From NCBI GenBank assembly GCA_963746775.1, contig CAVVCK010000001.1, positions 275,050 to 339,049 of the forward strand: a stretch of 64,000 nucleotides of DNA, given 5' to 3'. This DNA comes from an uncultured bacterium. GTDB taxonomy: Bacteria > Patescibacteriota > JABMPQ01 > CAVVCK01. A program made the translations under genes and the position numbers. The notes below the pieces were generated by a model. That model was given only the letters and a program-made list of their open reading frames with translations, did not search any database and was not told the origin of the DNA. Of this stretch, positions 18,856-29,153 are shown in pieces (position 1 is the stretch's first letter; each line of letters begins with the position of its first letter).

Positions 18856-19224
18856 ATGCAAATCATCGGAATCATTTTAATTATTATAGTAATAATATTG
18901 TACTTACTCTGGCTATGGTACACCAAAAATCAAACTGCCACTTCTGCCAAGCAAGAAGAAAATGTACAGGTATTTAATATTTTAGTTAAAGGTGTCTACT
19001 CGCCTAATGTTATTAAAGCTAAATTAGGCAAATTAATTAGAATAAATTTTACCAGAAAAGAATCAACTGATTGCTCTCGTTATGTAAACTTCCCGGATTT
19101 TAAAATCAGAAAAGAATTACCCGAGGGAAAAGAAACTTCCCTAGAAATTATGCCGGAAAAAACAGGCGCATTTCCATTTAATTGCGATATGAATATGTAT
19201 CAAGGAAAATTAATCGTAGAGTAG
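18856..19224 (+). CDS. Membrane-anchored cupredoxin-like domain protein.
   Basis: N-terminal TM helix. The beta-rich domain carries a Cys/Met/Met/Met cluster (FNCDMNMYQG) in the position of a Cu site. Confidence 0.5.
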   Translation: MQIIGIILIIIVIILYLLWLWYTKNQTATSAKQEENVQVFNILVKGVYSPNVIKAKLGKLIRINFTRKESTDCSRYVNFPDFKIRKELPEGKETSLEIMPEKTGAFPFNCDMNMYQGKLIVE

Positions 19225-19239
19225 CAAGTTTGTATTAAT

Positions 19240-19290
19240 ATATCCGCCCAATCCGCAACATCCGCCTATCTGCACAAAGTTATCTAAAAC
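19240..19290 (+). promoter_or_regulatory. Partial copy of the atccgc phased-repeat element, upstream of copA.
   Basis: atatccgcccaatccgcaacatccgcc shares atccgc units with 12321-12357 and 27819-27851. Confidence 0.4.
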
Positions 19291-19351
19291 AAGTGAACCC
19301 TAATTAATTTAATTCAAACTTTTAAATTATCTCTTAATGTAAATCAAACAC

Positions 19352-21559
19352 ATGAAAAAAGAATTTAATATAAAAATGATGCACTGCGCTTCTTGCGCTC
19401 TCAGCATCGAGAATAAACTTAACAAAACTCCAGGCGTAAAACACGCCAATGTTAATTTTGCTACGGAAAAAGCTTCTGTAGATTTTGAAGGAGATGACCA
19501 AAAAATAATCAAGGCTGTCAAAGATTTAGGTTATAAAGCGGAAACAATAGATGATGCCACCTCTGCTATGCCACAACACGACCACAATCATAACGAATCA
19601 CCTAGGAATAAAGAGGTAAAAAAAGAAAGAAATCTATTTATCCTAAGCCTGGTTTTATCTCTTCCTATTCTGGTACTTAGTATGATTCTAATGGATAAAT
19701 CTTTATTAAGTAGAATTATTCAGTTACTTCTAGCTTCTATCATACAATTCTATATTGGTTTCAGATTCTACAGAGGAACATATTATGCTCTCAAAAATAA
19801 AGCAGCTAATATGGATACCTTAGTAGCGCTTGGTACCTCGGCTGCTTATTTTTATAGTCTGGCTACTATCTTTTTTATAGCAGGAGATGTCTTTTTTGAA
19901 ACATCTGCTCTTCTTATCACTTTTATAATCTTAGGAAAATATTTGGAAGCAAGAGCCAAAGGCAAAACATCAGAAGCTATAGAAAAATTACTGGAACTAC
20001 AGGCAAAAAAAGCTAGGGTGGAAAGAAGTGGCCAGGAAATAGAAATACCCATAGAAGAATTAAAGATTGGGGATATTGTTATTGTTCGTCCTGGAGAAAA
20101 AGTACCCACCGACGGAATAATAATTGAAGGATATTCCAGTATCGATGAATCTATGATCACAGGCGAAAGTATTCCGGTTGAGAAAAAAGAGACTGATAAA
20201 GTCATCGGCGCAACCTTAAATAAAACCGGCAGCTTTAAATTCATAACAGAAAAAATTGGCAAAGATACTATGCTTTCTCAAATTGTAAAAATTGTCAACG
20301 AAGCGCAAAGCTCTAAAGCGCCAATTCAAAAATTCGCTGACATGGTATCAAGTTATTTTGTTCCTACCGTTATTGCTATTGCCCTAATAACTTTTATTAG
20401 TTGGTACTTTTTAGTAGGCTCCTTTTTTGTATCTTCTCTACTAGCCTTTACCGCTGTTTTGGTTATTGCCTGCCCCTGTGCTCTGGGTTTGGCTACACCA
20501 ACTGCTATTATGGTTGGCACGGGGATGGGTGCTGAGAAAGGAGTCTTAGTTAAAAGCGGTAAAGCCCTCGAGATTGCCAATAAAATTCAAGCAATAATAT
20601 TAGATAAAACCGGAACTATAACTAAAGGCAGACCAGAAGTTACGGACGTAATTCAAATTTCAAATAATAAAATCCAAATCACAAACAAATTACAGAATCC
20701 AAATTCTAAAAATAATATTTTGCAGATAACCGCTTCCCTTGAAAACAAATCTGAGCACCCCCTAGCCGAGGCGATTATTAAAAAAGCTAAATCAGAAAAT
20801 ATAGAATTCCTTAATGTACAGAACTTTGAAGCTATAGCCGGCCATGGAGTTCAGGGTACAATTTCTAATCAACAAATTTTAATTGGTACAGAAATGTTAA
20901 TGGATAAATTTAATATTAATATCAGCCAAGAGATTAAGGATAAAAAAATAAACTTAGAAAACGAGGGGAAAACAGTAATGATAATGACGCTAGATAATAA
21001 CATTGCCGGTTTAATCGCCGTAGCCGATACAATTAAAGAAACATCAAAAAAAGCAATCAGAATGCTTAAAGAGATGGGCCTAAGAACCATTATGATAACA
21101 GGTGATAATCAAAGAACAGCCCAGGCTGTAGCTAAACAAATTGGAATTGATGAAGTACTATCAGAGGTTCTACCAGAAGATAAAGCTAAAGAAATCAAAA
21201 AGCTTCAAGAAAATAATCAAAAAGTAGGAATGGTCGGAGATGGCATCAATGATGCTCCTGCCCTAGCTCAATCAGACCTAGGAATTGCCATGGGAGCAGG
21301 TACTGACATTGCTATTGAGACCGGTGATATAGTTTTGATCAAAAACAATTTACAAGATGTAGTGAGAGCTATCAAACTTAGCAAAGCTACTATGAACAAA
21401 ATAAAACAAAATATGTTCTGGGCACTGTTTTATAATAGTATTGGTATACCTATTGCCGCACTAGGATTATTACGCGCAGAATTTGCCGGTCTTGCTATGG
21501 CACTGAGCAGTGTATCAGTTGTTACTAATTCTTTATTGTTAAAAAGAAGGAAAATATAA
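19352..21559 (+). CDS. copA: Cu(I)-exporting P1B-type ATPase.
   Basis: N-terminal HMA domain with MHCASCA, TM CPC motif (ACPCALG), DKTGTIT phosphorylation site, [10 protein letters not shown] hinge, and an HP motif region. Confidence 0.9.
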   Translation: MKKEFNIKMMHCASCALSIENKLNKTPGVKHANVNFATEKASVDFEGDDQKIIKAVKDLGYKAETIDDATSAMPQHDHNHNESPRNKEVKKERNLFILSLVLSLPILVLSMILMDKSLLSRIIQLLLASIIQFYIGFRFYRGTYYALKNKAANMDTLVALGTSAAYFYSLATIFFIAGDVFFETSALLITFIILGKYLEARAKGKTSEAIEKLLELQAKKARVERSGQEIEIPIEELKIGDIVIVRPGEKVPTDGIIIEGYSSIDESMITGESIPVEKKETDKVIGATLNKTGSFKFITEKIGKDTMLSQIVKIVNEAQSSKAPIQKFADMVSSYFVPTVIAIALITFISWYFLVGSFFVSSLLAFTAVLVIACPCALGLATPTAIMVGTGMGAEKGVLVKSGKALEIANKIQAIILDKTGTITKGRPEVTDVIQISNNKIQITNKLQNPNSKNNILQITASLENKSEHPLAEAIIKKAKSENIEFLNVQNFEAIAGHGVQGTISNQQILIGTEMLMDKFNINISQEIKDKKINLENEGKTVMIMTLDNNIAGLIAVADTIKETSKKAIRMLKEMGLRTIMITGDNQRTAQAVAKQIGIDEVLSEVLPEDKAKEIKKLQENNQKVGMVGDGINDAPALAQSDLGIAMGAGTDIAIETGDIVLIKNNLQDVVRAIKLSKATMNKIKQNMFWALFYNSIGIPIAALGLLRAEFAGLAMALSSVSVVTNSLLLKRRKI

Positions 21560-21576
21560 AATTATTTTAAAAACAC

Positions 21577-21610
21577 AAAAAGACCTTTAAATTTTAAGGG
21601 GTCTTTTTTA
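21577..21610. terminator. Bidirectional terminator.
   Basis: aaaaagacctttaaattttaaggggtctttttt lies between convergent copA and the lipoprotein gene. Confidence 0.6.
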
Positions 21611-21645
21611 ATTATTTCCCAATTCATAATTCCCAACTCTACATA

Positions 21646-22383
21646 CTATTCTGTTACCATAAAAGAAACATAGGTTAATTCTTCAGCATCAATAGTACCG
21701 CTATCCGATCCATTTAATCTTACATCGTAACTACCAGGTTCACTTGGTGCTACTAAAGTTACTGTACCAGAAGCCTTACCACCTAAGTAAGCATAAGAAG
21801 TATCATTTTCATCATTAGTAATTTCACTGCCATGCTCAATCTCAGAAGGGATAACACCTACCCAAGCAGTGGAATCAAGTCCTTCCGCCCCAGAAAAGAT
21901 AACGGTAATAGTAGCTTGTGGAGTATATTCTAGCTTATCAAGTTCAATTAAAATACCATCAGTAGTAACCGTAAAAGACGCATAACCTAATTCTTCTGCT
22001 CCCGTTGAATCACTACTATAAATTCTTACATCATAATCTCCTTTTTTTGATGGTGCCGTTAAAGTTTTAGTGCCGACCTTAGACTCCTCTAAATATTCAT
22101 AGTCGGTATCTACTATATCCGCTTCTTCTTCAGAATTATGCACAGTATCAGATGGCACAATTCCTATCCAGGCATTTTCCCCCAAATCTTCTACAATATC
22201 ATAAGTAATTACTACATCTCCCCCTGCTTCATATGAGATTTTATCTGTTGTAACTTTAGTTTCTTTTTCCACTTCAGTAGTTGTTGTAGTTTCCTTTTCT
22301 TTAAAGAAATTGGTACAACCAGTAAGTAAGGCCGCACAAACTATAAAACTTAGCAGATAAAAGATTTTTGTTTTTCTCTTCAT
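21646..22383 (-). CDS. Lipoprotein with two internal repeat domains.
   Basis: Signal peptide plus lipobox LLTGC. Two ~100-aa repeats share ...WIGIVPSD..H.SE......D..Y.YL......GT.TL.APS..G.YDVR...SD. Confidence 0.55.
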   Translation of the reverse strand: MKRKTKIFYLLSFIVCAALLTGCTNFFKEKETTTTTEVEKETKVTTDKISYEAGGDVVITYDIVEDLGENAWIGIVPSDTVHNSEEEADIVDTDYEYLEESKVGTKTLTAPSKKGDYDVRIYSSDSTGAEELGYASFTVTTDGILIELDKLEYTPQATITVIFSGAEGLDSTAWVGVIPSEIEHGSEITNDENDTSYAYLGGKASGTVTLVAPSEPGSYDVRLNGSDSGTIDAEELTYVSFMVTE

Positions 22384-22485
22384 GTTTTTTTATATTTATT
22401 TATTAATAGCTAGGATTATTATACTATATTTTTATTTTTTAATAAATATCTAGTATAATGAATTATAGTAAATAAATTTAATAAT

Positions 22486-23097
22486 ATGTTTAAAGAATCA
22501 GCGGAACCCATAATGCCAGAAAATAGAAAAATCGAAGAACCAAAGTTAGACACTACAGAGGAAGAAGAACGAAACAATGATGAAACTTTTGAAAAAAGGT
22601 GTTTCTCTGAAAATATGCGGGATCGTCTTTTTTATTTTTTAGCTACAAAATTCAGTTCCCAGATAAATCAATATGACCTAGAAGAAATAATACAAGAGAC
22701 TTTATTAAAAGCTTACAGAGCTAGAAATAGGTATGATTCTGAAAGAGGTGAACTTAGCACTTGGCTATTCCATATTGCCAAAAACACTGCCCTAAATCAT
22801 TTAAAAAAAATATCCCGTCGATCTAAGGAATATCCGGAAGAAGAAATAGATAAGTTCCCCGAAGGAAGCAGCAGCGTAGAAAATAGATTGGGTGCAAAAG
22901 AAGAGGTTGCAGAATATTTAAAAAAATTATCTTATAGGCGTAAAACAATATTAGAACTCCACTTTATAGAAGGACTCACTTATGCTGAAATTGCTGAAAA
23001 AATTGGAGTAAAATATCAAACAATTGGTTCGACTATAACTAAAGCAAGAAAACAAATGAGAAGTGCTAGAAAAAAAAATATACAAGAAACAAATTAA
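22486..23097 (+). CDS. ECF-type sigma-70 family RNA polymerase sigma factor.
   Basis: Region 2 (LLKAYRARNRYDSERGELSTWLFHIAKNTALNHLKK) and region 4 HTH (LTYAEIAEKIGVKYQTIGSTITKARKQMR). Confidence 0.8.
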   Translation: MFKESAEPIMPENRKIEEPKLDTTEEEERNNDETFEKRCFSENMRDRLFYFLATKFSSQINQYDLEEIIQETLLKAYRARNRYDSERGELSTWLFHIAKNTALNHLKKISRRSKEYPEEEIDKFPEGSSSVENRLGAKEEVAEYLKKLSYRRKTILELHFIEGLTYAEIAEKIGVKYQTIGSTITKARKQMRSARKKNIQETN

Positions 23098-23111
23098 ACA
23101 ATTTAAAAAAT

Positions 23112-23366
23112 ATGGCCGAATCAATTACATTTTTTATCGCTGCAATCTTCAGTTCCTTTTTTATTTTATTCTTTTTAATTTGGTTTTTTGTTTTAGGAAT
23201 TATTTTACTAAGTCTGGTTTTTTGGATTTTGATGATTGTGGACCTGACCAAAAGAAAATTTGAAAAAGAAAATGATAAGGTTACTTGGCTTTTAATTGTA
23301 CTCTTAACAGGTGCAATTGGCGCTATTATTTATTATGTTGAGATTAAGAGAAAGGACCAGAAATAA
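23112..23366 (+). CDS. Small two-TM PLDc_N-type membrane protein (YxlE-like). It is a candidate partner or anti-sigma component for the upstream ECF sigma.
   Basis: FWILMIVDLTKRKF...WLLIVLLTGAIGAIIYYV matches the phospholipase-D N-terminal-like small membrane protein pattern. It begins 15 bp after the sigma gene. Confidence 0.5.
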   Translation: MAESITFFIAAIFSSFFILFFLIWFFVLGIILLSLVFWILMIVDLTKRKFEKENDKVTWLLIVLLTGAIGAIIYYVEIKRKDQK

Positions 23367-23376
23367 TTATACTTTC

Positions 23377-24060
23377 TTAATTTGGCTCTATTTCAAAAAT
23401 TAATTTCTTCTCACCCATATATAAAAATTCTAATTTTCCCACCTCTTTTTGCACTTCATAAATAACTTGACCATCTATCCATCCTTCACTGGGAATATTT
23501 TGCACTCCTTTTATTAGATTATACTCATCAGTATTTATTGTTTTCATATTATATTCTGTATAACGCGAATCACGTAAAATAAAATTAGTACTATAAAAAT
23601 ACGTTTCTTCCATTGTTTGATTCATAATATTCATTCTTAAAACTAAAAATTCATATCCTTCTCTGGGTTTTTCTTTCCCTATTTCTTCTCTATGTTCTAC
23701 AATACTCAAGGAAATAGAAACATTTCCATCTGAGAGGATGTCACCTTCTTTGCCATTTTCTTCTTCTAGCTGCTGATTTTCTGTGTTATCATTTTCTGTT
23801 CCCCTAGTAATTTTCTGCCATTCATTTTGCCAATCACTATTACTAATTGTACTTAATCTTTCTTCTGTACTATCTTCTACCTTATTAGCCAAATATTTAA
23901 TTAAAATATAGGAACCAACTCCTAGGGCAAACATTAAGAATAGAAATATAATCAAAATAGTATACCAAAATTTTTTTCTTTTTTTGCTATACTTATTTTG
24001 TTCTTGAATATTTTTCTCTTTAATTTTTCGGCTATCAAATCCTATATTATTTTTTGACAT
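23377..24060 (-). CDS. Membrane-anchored protein with a DUF4352-like beta-sandwich domain.
   Basis: N-terminal TM helix. The C-terminal region GYEFLVLRMNIMNQ...FILRDSRYTEY resembles the DUF4352 pattern. Confidence 0.4.
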   Translation of the reverse strand: MSKNNIGFDSRKIKEKNIQEQNKYSKKRKKFWYTILIIFLFLMFALGVGSYILIKYLANKVEDSTEERLSTISNSDWQNEWQKITRGTENDNTENQQLEEENGKEGDILSDGNVSISLSIVEHREEIGKEKPREGYEFLVLRMNIMNQTMEETYFYSTNFILRDSRYTEYNMKTINTDEYNLIKGVQNIPSEGWIDGQVIYEVQKEVGKLEFLYMGEKKLIFEIEPN

Positions 24061-24069
24061 ATAGATATT

Positions 24070-24759
24070 TTATTTTTTAGAATAAGTTATATTTGGTTTT
24101 TGTATATATAATGGTTTTATAATTTGACCTCTTTTGTTTTTTTTAAACTTTTCTAGAGATATATCAATCAATCTTGTAATTGAATCTTCACCATAAAAAC
24201 TAATATATTTTAAATTAATAAAATTATTACTAAACTTTTTTTCTAAAATATTTTTATTTACAACTTCTCTCAAAATATTACTATCCTCTACTATAAAAGA
24301 AGTAGGTTTTTTCATTAATTTTAAAAGTTCATTAACATTACCAGAAAAAAATCCACCACTTTGTTTTAATAAACCCTTTTTATAATCATATATACCTGCA
24401 AAAATATTATTGTGTACAGCCGACACAATACTACATATTTTTATATCTTTTTTATCATTGAAAATTCCAATATGAGCTAACCATTCTAATTTATTTACTC
24501 CAATAACTGGCAAATTTAGGGAGTAACTCAGAGCATTGGCTGTAGCAATCCCAACTCGCAAACCTGTATATGATCCTGGTCCAGAAATAACCGTTATACC
24601 TGCTAAATTGATTAATTTATTATTTATAATTTTAGATATTTCAGACAAAAGTTTCTCTGAATGATCAAAATTAGTTCCAAAAACTTTTTTTTGAAAATTA
24701 CTGTTAGAAACCTTTATAATTAAGCTTTTTTTTGAAGATGTATCAATTATTAAAAACAT
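24070..24759 (-). CDS. tsaB: tRNA threonylcarbamoyladenosine biosynthesis protein TsaB (YeaZ).
   Basis: ASKHA fold motifs IIDTS and GPGSYTGLRVGIATA. Confidence 0.8.
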   Translation of the reverse strand: MFLIIDTSSKKSLIIKVSNSNFQKKVFGTNFDHSEKLLSEISKIINNKLINLAGITVISGPGSYTGLRVGIATANALSYSLNLPVIGVNKLEWLAHIGIFNDKKDIKICSIVSAVHNNIFAGIYDYKKGLLKQSGGFFSGNVNELLKLMKKPTSFIVEDSNILREVVNKNILEKKFSNNFINLKYISFYGEDSITRLIDISLEKFKKNKRGQIIKPLYIQKPNITYSKK

Positions 24760-24879
24760 GTATTTAATTTATTCGCTGAAAATTCATTATAAACTAATCA
24801 TCAGTAATTAAAAATTATGAACATTGCTTTCCTCACAAATCCTGCTATAATATAATAACTAATTTTTTAATTATAACCT

Positions 24880-25326
24880 ATGTCTGATTCCCCAAAAGTA
24901 TTAATAATTTCCCTTACCGCTGGTATTGTAGCCCAGGGTATAAAGTTTATTTTAAAAATGATTAAAAATGGTAAGATTGACTGGAGTGATTGGGATGATT
25001 ATGGTGGTATGCCTTCCGCTCACACTGCTTTTGTTTCTTCGCTAACTACAGCCGTCGCTCTGCAAGATGGTATATTCTCTACTGTTTTTGCTATTACTTT
25101 TATTATTTCGTCTATATTAATCCGTGATGCCCTGGGTCTTCGAATGTATATTGAAAAGCATGGTAAATTAATTTCACAATTAATTAGTAAGCAGCCCGTG
25201 GAAGAAAAAGTTAAAAACTATGCTGAAAAATTAGGCGGTGAAAGAATAGGACACACCCCTATAGAAGTACTTGCCGGAGCATTTTTAGGTGTTTCTTGTG
25301 CTTTCCTACTTTTTTATTTCCTTTAA
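24880..25326 (+). CDS. Divergent PAP2 family (DUF212) membrane protein.
   Basis: GMPSAHTAFVSSLTTAVAL plus a conserved R/H region. Confidence 0.65.
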   Translation: MSDSPKVLIISLTAGIVAQGIKFILKMIKNGKIDWSDWDDYGGMPSAHTAFVSSLTTAVALQDGIFSTVFAITFIISSILIRDALGLRMYIEKHGKLISQLISKQPVEEKVKNYAEKLGGERIGHTPIEVLAGAFLGVSCAFLLFYFL

Positions 25327-26646
25327 AAGTTCACGTGCTGCTTGTCTATCATCCCAAGCAATACATTTACCATTTTTAATAGCCATTACTGGATCCGAGC
25401 CTTTGCCAGCTAGCAAAACCACATCGTTTGGTTTTGCCAGTAGCAAGGCTTTTTTTATTGCTTCTCTTCTGTCTATAATTTTAAAATAATCCAATCCTTC
25501 TATTTTATCTTTTTTTGCCAAACCTTTAATCATCTCATCAGCTATTTCATTTGGATTATCATCATAAGGATCATCAGTGGTAATTACGCTAAATTTACAA
25601 TATTTTGCAAGTATCTCCCCCATTACTGGTCTCCGCCAGCTATCTCTGCCTCCGCCAGTGGGACCTGAGACTGCTATAATATTATTTTTAAATTCTTCTT
25701 TTATAAATAAATTTTTAATATTTTTTAAAACCTCTTCTAAACATTTAGGTTCATAAGCATAATCTACAATTACCTTAAATTTTTGCCCCTCTTCAATTAA
25801 TTCCATCCTGCCTGGCATACCAGGAAAATTTGCCAAATACTGACTAATCTCTTTTAGAGATAAACCTAAATATTTACCCAAAGCTACAGCTGGCAGAGCA
25901 TTATATATATTAAAATCACCTATTTGTTTTAAACTAAAACTAATATCTTTTATTCTCCAAGAAATTCCCTCTTTCCCAGATTGCAAACTAGAAGCAATAA
26001 TATCTGCCCCAGTTTTTAAACCATAGGTAATTTTTTTATCTGCCGCGAACCCCAGAAAATAATCAGCATACTTATCATCTTTATTTGCAATAATAACTTT
26101 CTCATTATTTTGATTTCTAATTTTTATGTTTTTATGTTCTTGAGTTTTAATGTTCTCGTGCTTCAACGATTTAAACAATTCTGCTTTAGCTTTTTTGTAA
26201 TTTTCAAAACCTCCATGAGATTCAATATGCTCAGGAGTCAGATTTAAAAAAACAGCTATATCATAATTTATACCTGCATGCCTATATTGTTTTATACCTT
26301 CTGATGATGTTTCCACAATGGCATATTCACATCCCGCTAAATACATATCCTTAAGTAGTTTTTGCAATTTAAACCTGCCCAACATTGTCATTTTATATTT
26401 ATTGACCCATTCCTTCTGATGAATTCTAAAATTAGCCGTCGAGGTCATACCACATTTGTAACCCGCCTGCTCAATTAAATGCCATAATATATTACAGGTT
26501 GTAGACTTACCTTTGGTGCCTGTTACACCAATAACAATCATCTTCTCCGAGGGCTGACCATAATAAATAGCAGCTAGTATAGCTAAACTTTTATAATAAA
26601 AATTAAGCATTGATTTTGGAACAAATTTTCTAATTAAGCTTTTCAT
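25306..26646 (-). CDS. Mur ligase family protein (MurE/MurT-like).
   Basis: P-loop VIGVTGTKGKSTT, DIAVFLNLTPEHIESHGGFENYKKAK, and C-terminal LLAGKGSD...WDDRQAAREL. Confidence 0.65.
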   Translation of the reverse strand: MKSLIRKFVPKSMLNFYYKSLAILAAIYYGQPSEKMIVIGVTGTKGKSTTCNILWHLIEQAGYKCGMTSTANFRIHQKEWVNKYKMTMLGRFKLQKLLKDMYLAGCEYAIVETSSEGIKQYRHAGINYDIAVFLNLTPEHIESHGGFENYKKAKAELFKSLKHENIKTQEHKNIKIRNQNNEKVIIANKDDKYADYFLGFAADKKITYGLKTGADIIASSLQSGKEGISWRIKDISFSLKQIGDFNIYNALPAVALGKYLGLSLKEISQYLANFPGMPGRMELIEEGQKFKVIVDYAYEPKCLEEVLKNIKNLFIKEEFKNNIIAVSGPTGGGRDSWRRPVMGEILAKYCKFSVITTDDPYDDNPNEIADEMIKGLAKKDKIEGLDYFKIIDRREAIKKALLLAKPNDVVLLAGKGSDPVMAIKNGKCIAWDDRQAARELLKEIKK

Positions 26647-27782
26647 TTTAAAAATAAATAATAAGTTTCATACACTATCCCCACTCCATACATAGCACAC
26701 ATTAAATAAACAATTACCTTTGGTACTTTTATAGAAAATAACGGTTTGGTATTGCCTTGCTTCTTTGCTTTTAAATACATTATTAATATTAAAATTCCCT
26801 GCAATCCTCCGGTAATTGCTCCTACCATGCCAATTATTTTTATAAAATCAGCCAGACCAAATAGGAAAATAACAAATGGCACAAAACAAGCATAAACCCA
26901 AGATAAAACTTTACCAAATTTATAATCACACATAAATATTTCTCTCAAAACTAATCCAAGCGTTAGAAAAGAAGTAGTCATAGTTAATATACCCAAAATA
27001 GCTCCTATAACAAATATTTTATCACCCATTACATTATTCAAACCAATAATAGCCTCTGGTGAAGTATCTTTACCGGAAATTCCGCAGACTACAAAACTAA
27101 AGGATAAATAGATTACAAAAACTATAACATAAGCTATTAAAATACTCTTTTTTAATTTCTTCTCTTCACCTGATAAAATTTTCTTCATATCAGCTAAAAC
27201 TGTGGCACCAGTAAAAGCAAATAAAATAACTCCGTAAGGTAGAAATAAATTCATTCTATCAAAACCAATTAAATTTTCCATTTCTACGTAAGGTAGACCA
27301 AAAATAAATATCAAAACTGCTGCCAGTATTAACACTGCCACCATTATTTTTTCAATTTTTATAATAGTTTTCAAACCAAAGAAAACAGCAATGCTAGCTA
27401 ATATAAAAAATAAAGCTGTATATAAAAAAGGCGTTCCACCTAAAAAATCATAAAGCAGGGCATGTAAAAAATCTCCCACCCCAACCATATAGGCCAATAA
27501 CGCTCCATAAATTCCAAAAACTAGGGAAAATGAAATTATTCTTTCCCCCCATTTTCCTAAATATTTTCCTGCATAACCGGCCATTTGATGTTCTTCGCGA
27601 GTTCGCAAAATTACTTCGGCATAACAAAGAGTGGTGATAAATATAACAGCTCCTAAAACTAATAAATAAAAAAATCCTGTCATAAATCCAACCTGAGACA
27701 CTACATATGGTATACCAAAAATACCTGCACCAACCACTGTACCAATCAATAATGCAATTGCTCCAAATAATTTATTTTTCAT
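26643..27782 (-). CDS. Amino-acid permease-like transporter (HAAAP/Trp-Tyr permease-like).
   Basis: About 11 TM helices with an N-terminal GTVVGAGIFGIPYVV motif. Confidence 0.6.
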   Translation of the reverse strand: MKNKLFGAIALLIGTVVGAGIFGIPYVVSQVGFMTGFFYLLVLGAVIFITTLCYAEVILRTREEHQMAGYAGKYLGKWGERIISFSLVFGIYGALLAYMVGVGDFLHALLYDFLGGTPFLYTALFFILASIAVFFGLKTIIKIEKIMVAVLILAAVLIFIFGLPYVEMENLIGFDRMNLFLPYGVILFAFTGATVLADMKKILSGEEKKLKKSILIAYVIVFVIYLSFSFVVCGISGKDTSPEAIIGLNNVMGDKIFVIGAILGILTMTTSFLTLGLVLREIFMCDYKFGKVLSWVYACFVPFVIFLFGLADFIKIIGMVGAITGGLQGILILIMYLKAKKQGNTKPLFSIKVPKVIVYLMCAMYGVGIVYETYYLFLK

Positions 27783-27810
27783 TTTTTTATATTAATGTGA
27801 ATTGCCCAAA

Positions 27811-27930
27811 TAAACCCAATCCGCAATATCCGCTATAATCCGTTTATCCACAATATTACAATAAGCGGATTTAACAAATTGATGCAGATAAGCGAAAAAA
27901 CATATAAGAAATTTTATAATTCGCATTTCT
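27811..27930. repeat. Dispersed intergenic repeat, copy B. It has the same four phased atccgc units plus the conserved tail, without the nested hairpin.
   Basis: Unit starts at 27819, 27828, 27838 and 27846 (spacing 9, 10, 8), identical phasing to 12325, 12334, 12344 and 12352. The tail gatgcagataagcgaaaaaacatataagaaattttataattcgcatt matches copy A. Confidence 0.65.
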
Positions 27931-27931
27931 A

Positions 27932-28660
27932 TTAAAAATTATATTTCCTTATATCTGCCAAACCATTTCTAATCTCACAAATTATATCTTTCTTTTCAAT
28001 AACTATTTCCCATCCTTTTTCTTTAGCAATTTTAACTAAATTACCATTAGGATTAAAAGCAATCGGTCTCTCTACTTTATTTAGAAAGTCACTATCGTAT
28101 TCGGTATCACCTATACCTACCGAACCTTCCAAATCTATCTTATTTTCTTTTAAAAATTTAATAAATATTTTTTCTTTTTCTCGAGCTCCATTAAGTAATA
28201 TCTCGCCTGTATATCTGCCCTGATCATTAATTTCAAATATTGTTCCAATGATTTTATCAAATTTTAAATATTTGTTATATTCATCTACAACTTCAGTAGG
28301 AGAACCAGAAATAGATAATAAATAATGTGTTTCTCTTAATTCTTCTAATAAATTACGGGCATAAACATATCTTCGGTCTCGAAAATATTCTATCACTTTT
28401 TTACCTGAAGTTATCACATCTTTCTGCCTGCAACCTCTAATCATTTCTTTAAAGACATCCACTACCTTATCTATGTAAAGCTGATAAGAACATTTTCTAT
28501 TTACCCAGCCGTGATATTCTCTTTCTACCCTTTTTCCAGCCTCCTTGGGAAATATGCCGTTATAAACTAATTCTTTCATTAATTCAACCATTAAGCTGCG
28601 ACGAAATACTGTACCGTCGATATCAAAGATAGCTAATTTTTTTTTATTTAATTGATCCAT
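27932..28660 (-). CDS. HAD-superfamily hydrolase.
   Basis: Motif I LAIFDIDGTV and a downstream GDTEYD motif IV. Confidence 0.75.
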   Translation of the reverse strand: MDQLNKKKLAIFDIDGTVFRRSLMVELMKELVYNGIFPKEAGKRVEREYHGWVNRKCSYQLYIDKVVDVFKEMIRGCRQKDVITSGKKVIEYFRDRRYVYARNLLEELRETHYLLSISGSPTEVVDEYNKYLKFDKIIGTIFEINDQGRYTGEILLNGAREKEKIFIKFLKENKIDLEGSVGIGDTEYDSDFLNKVERPIAFNPNGNLVKIAKEKGWEIVIEKKDIICEIRNGLADIRKYNF

Positions 28661-28695
28661 AATAATTTATTCTCTTTGCTATCTTGTTATTTTAC

Positions 28696-29037
28696 TCAAA
28701 GTCTTATTTCTTCAAAACTAACTTTTTTGTTTTTAATTAATTTTCTTATCTTCTTCTGCTTAACAGACAACTGTGAATCTGCTGTTTTAAACTCTACTAA
28801 TACTATTTTTTCCTCATCAAACTGTACACCGTCAATAGGGCTGCCTAAAAATCTAAAATTTTGAGAATCATATGGGTATTCTTCCAAAAATGGTAAAAAT
28901 TGTTCAGTCATTTTACCATATTTAGAAGAAAGGCTCCTTTTTTGAAATTTTAAATCAGCTAATTTGCGGCGTGTACGAAAATACAACCAAGCAAACACCA
29001 GTACTAAAAATACTAAAATTAATATTATTTTCCACAT
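28696..29037 (-). CDS. Small membrane-anchored nuclease-like protein (Holliday-junction-resolvase-related endonuclease fold).
   Basis: N-terminal TM helix. FRFLGSPIDGVQFDEEKIVLVEFKTADSQL resembles the PD-(D/E)xK core (D...E.K) of archaeal Hjc-related bacterial proteins. Confidence 0.4.
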   Translation of the reverse strand: MWKIILILVFLVLVFAWLYFRTRRKLADLKFQKRSLSSKYGKMTEQFLPFLEEYPYDSQNFRFLGSPIDGVQFDEEKIVLVEFKTADSQLSVKQKKIRKLIKNKKVSFEEIRL

Positions 29038-29100
29038 TTATTTATTTTTATATTATATCATATTAGCCGCAGATCATAAAGACCTGTTATTTTTTATAAT

Positions 29101-29153
29101 ACATATATACGTACGTATATATGTGCGTATACTCTAACGTATATACGTTGATA
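29101..29153. promoter_or_regulatory. Cluster of perfect AT/CG palindromes in the promoter region of the 28696-29037 gene.
   Basis: acatatatacgtacgtatatatgt (24-bp perfect palindrome, 29101-29124) and aacgtatatacgtt (29140-29153). Confidence 0.45.

Noticed and set aside
23063-23263. Overlapping 61-66 aa ORFs at the sigma gene 3' end.
   Set aside because: They are low-complexity K/F-rich frames overlapping the better-supported sigma factor and PLDc_N genes.
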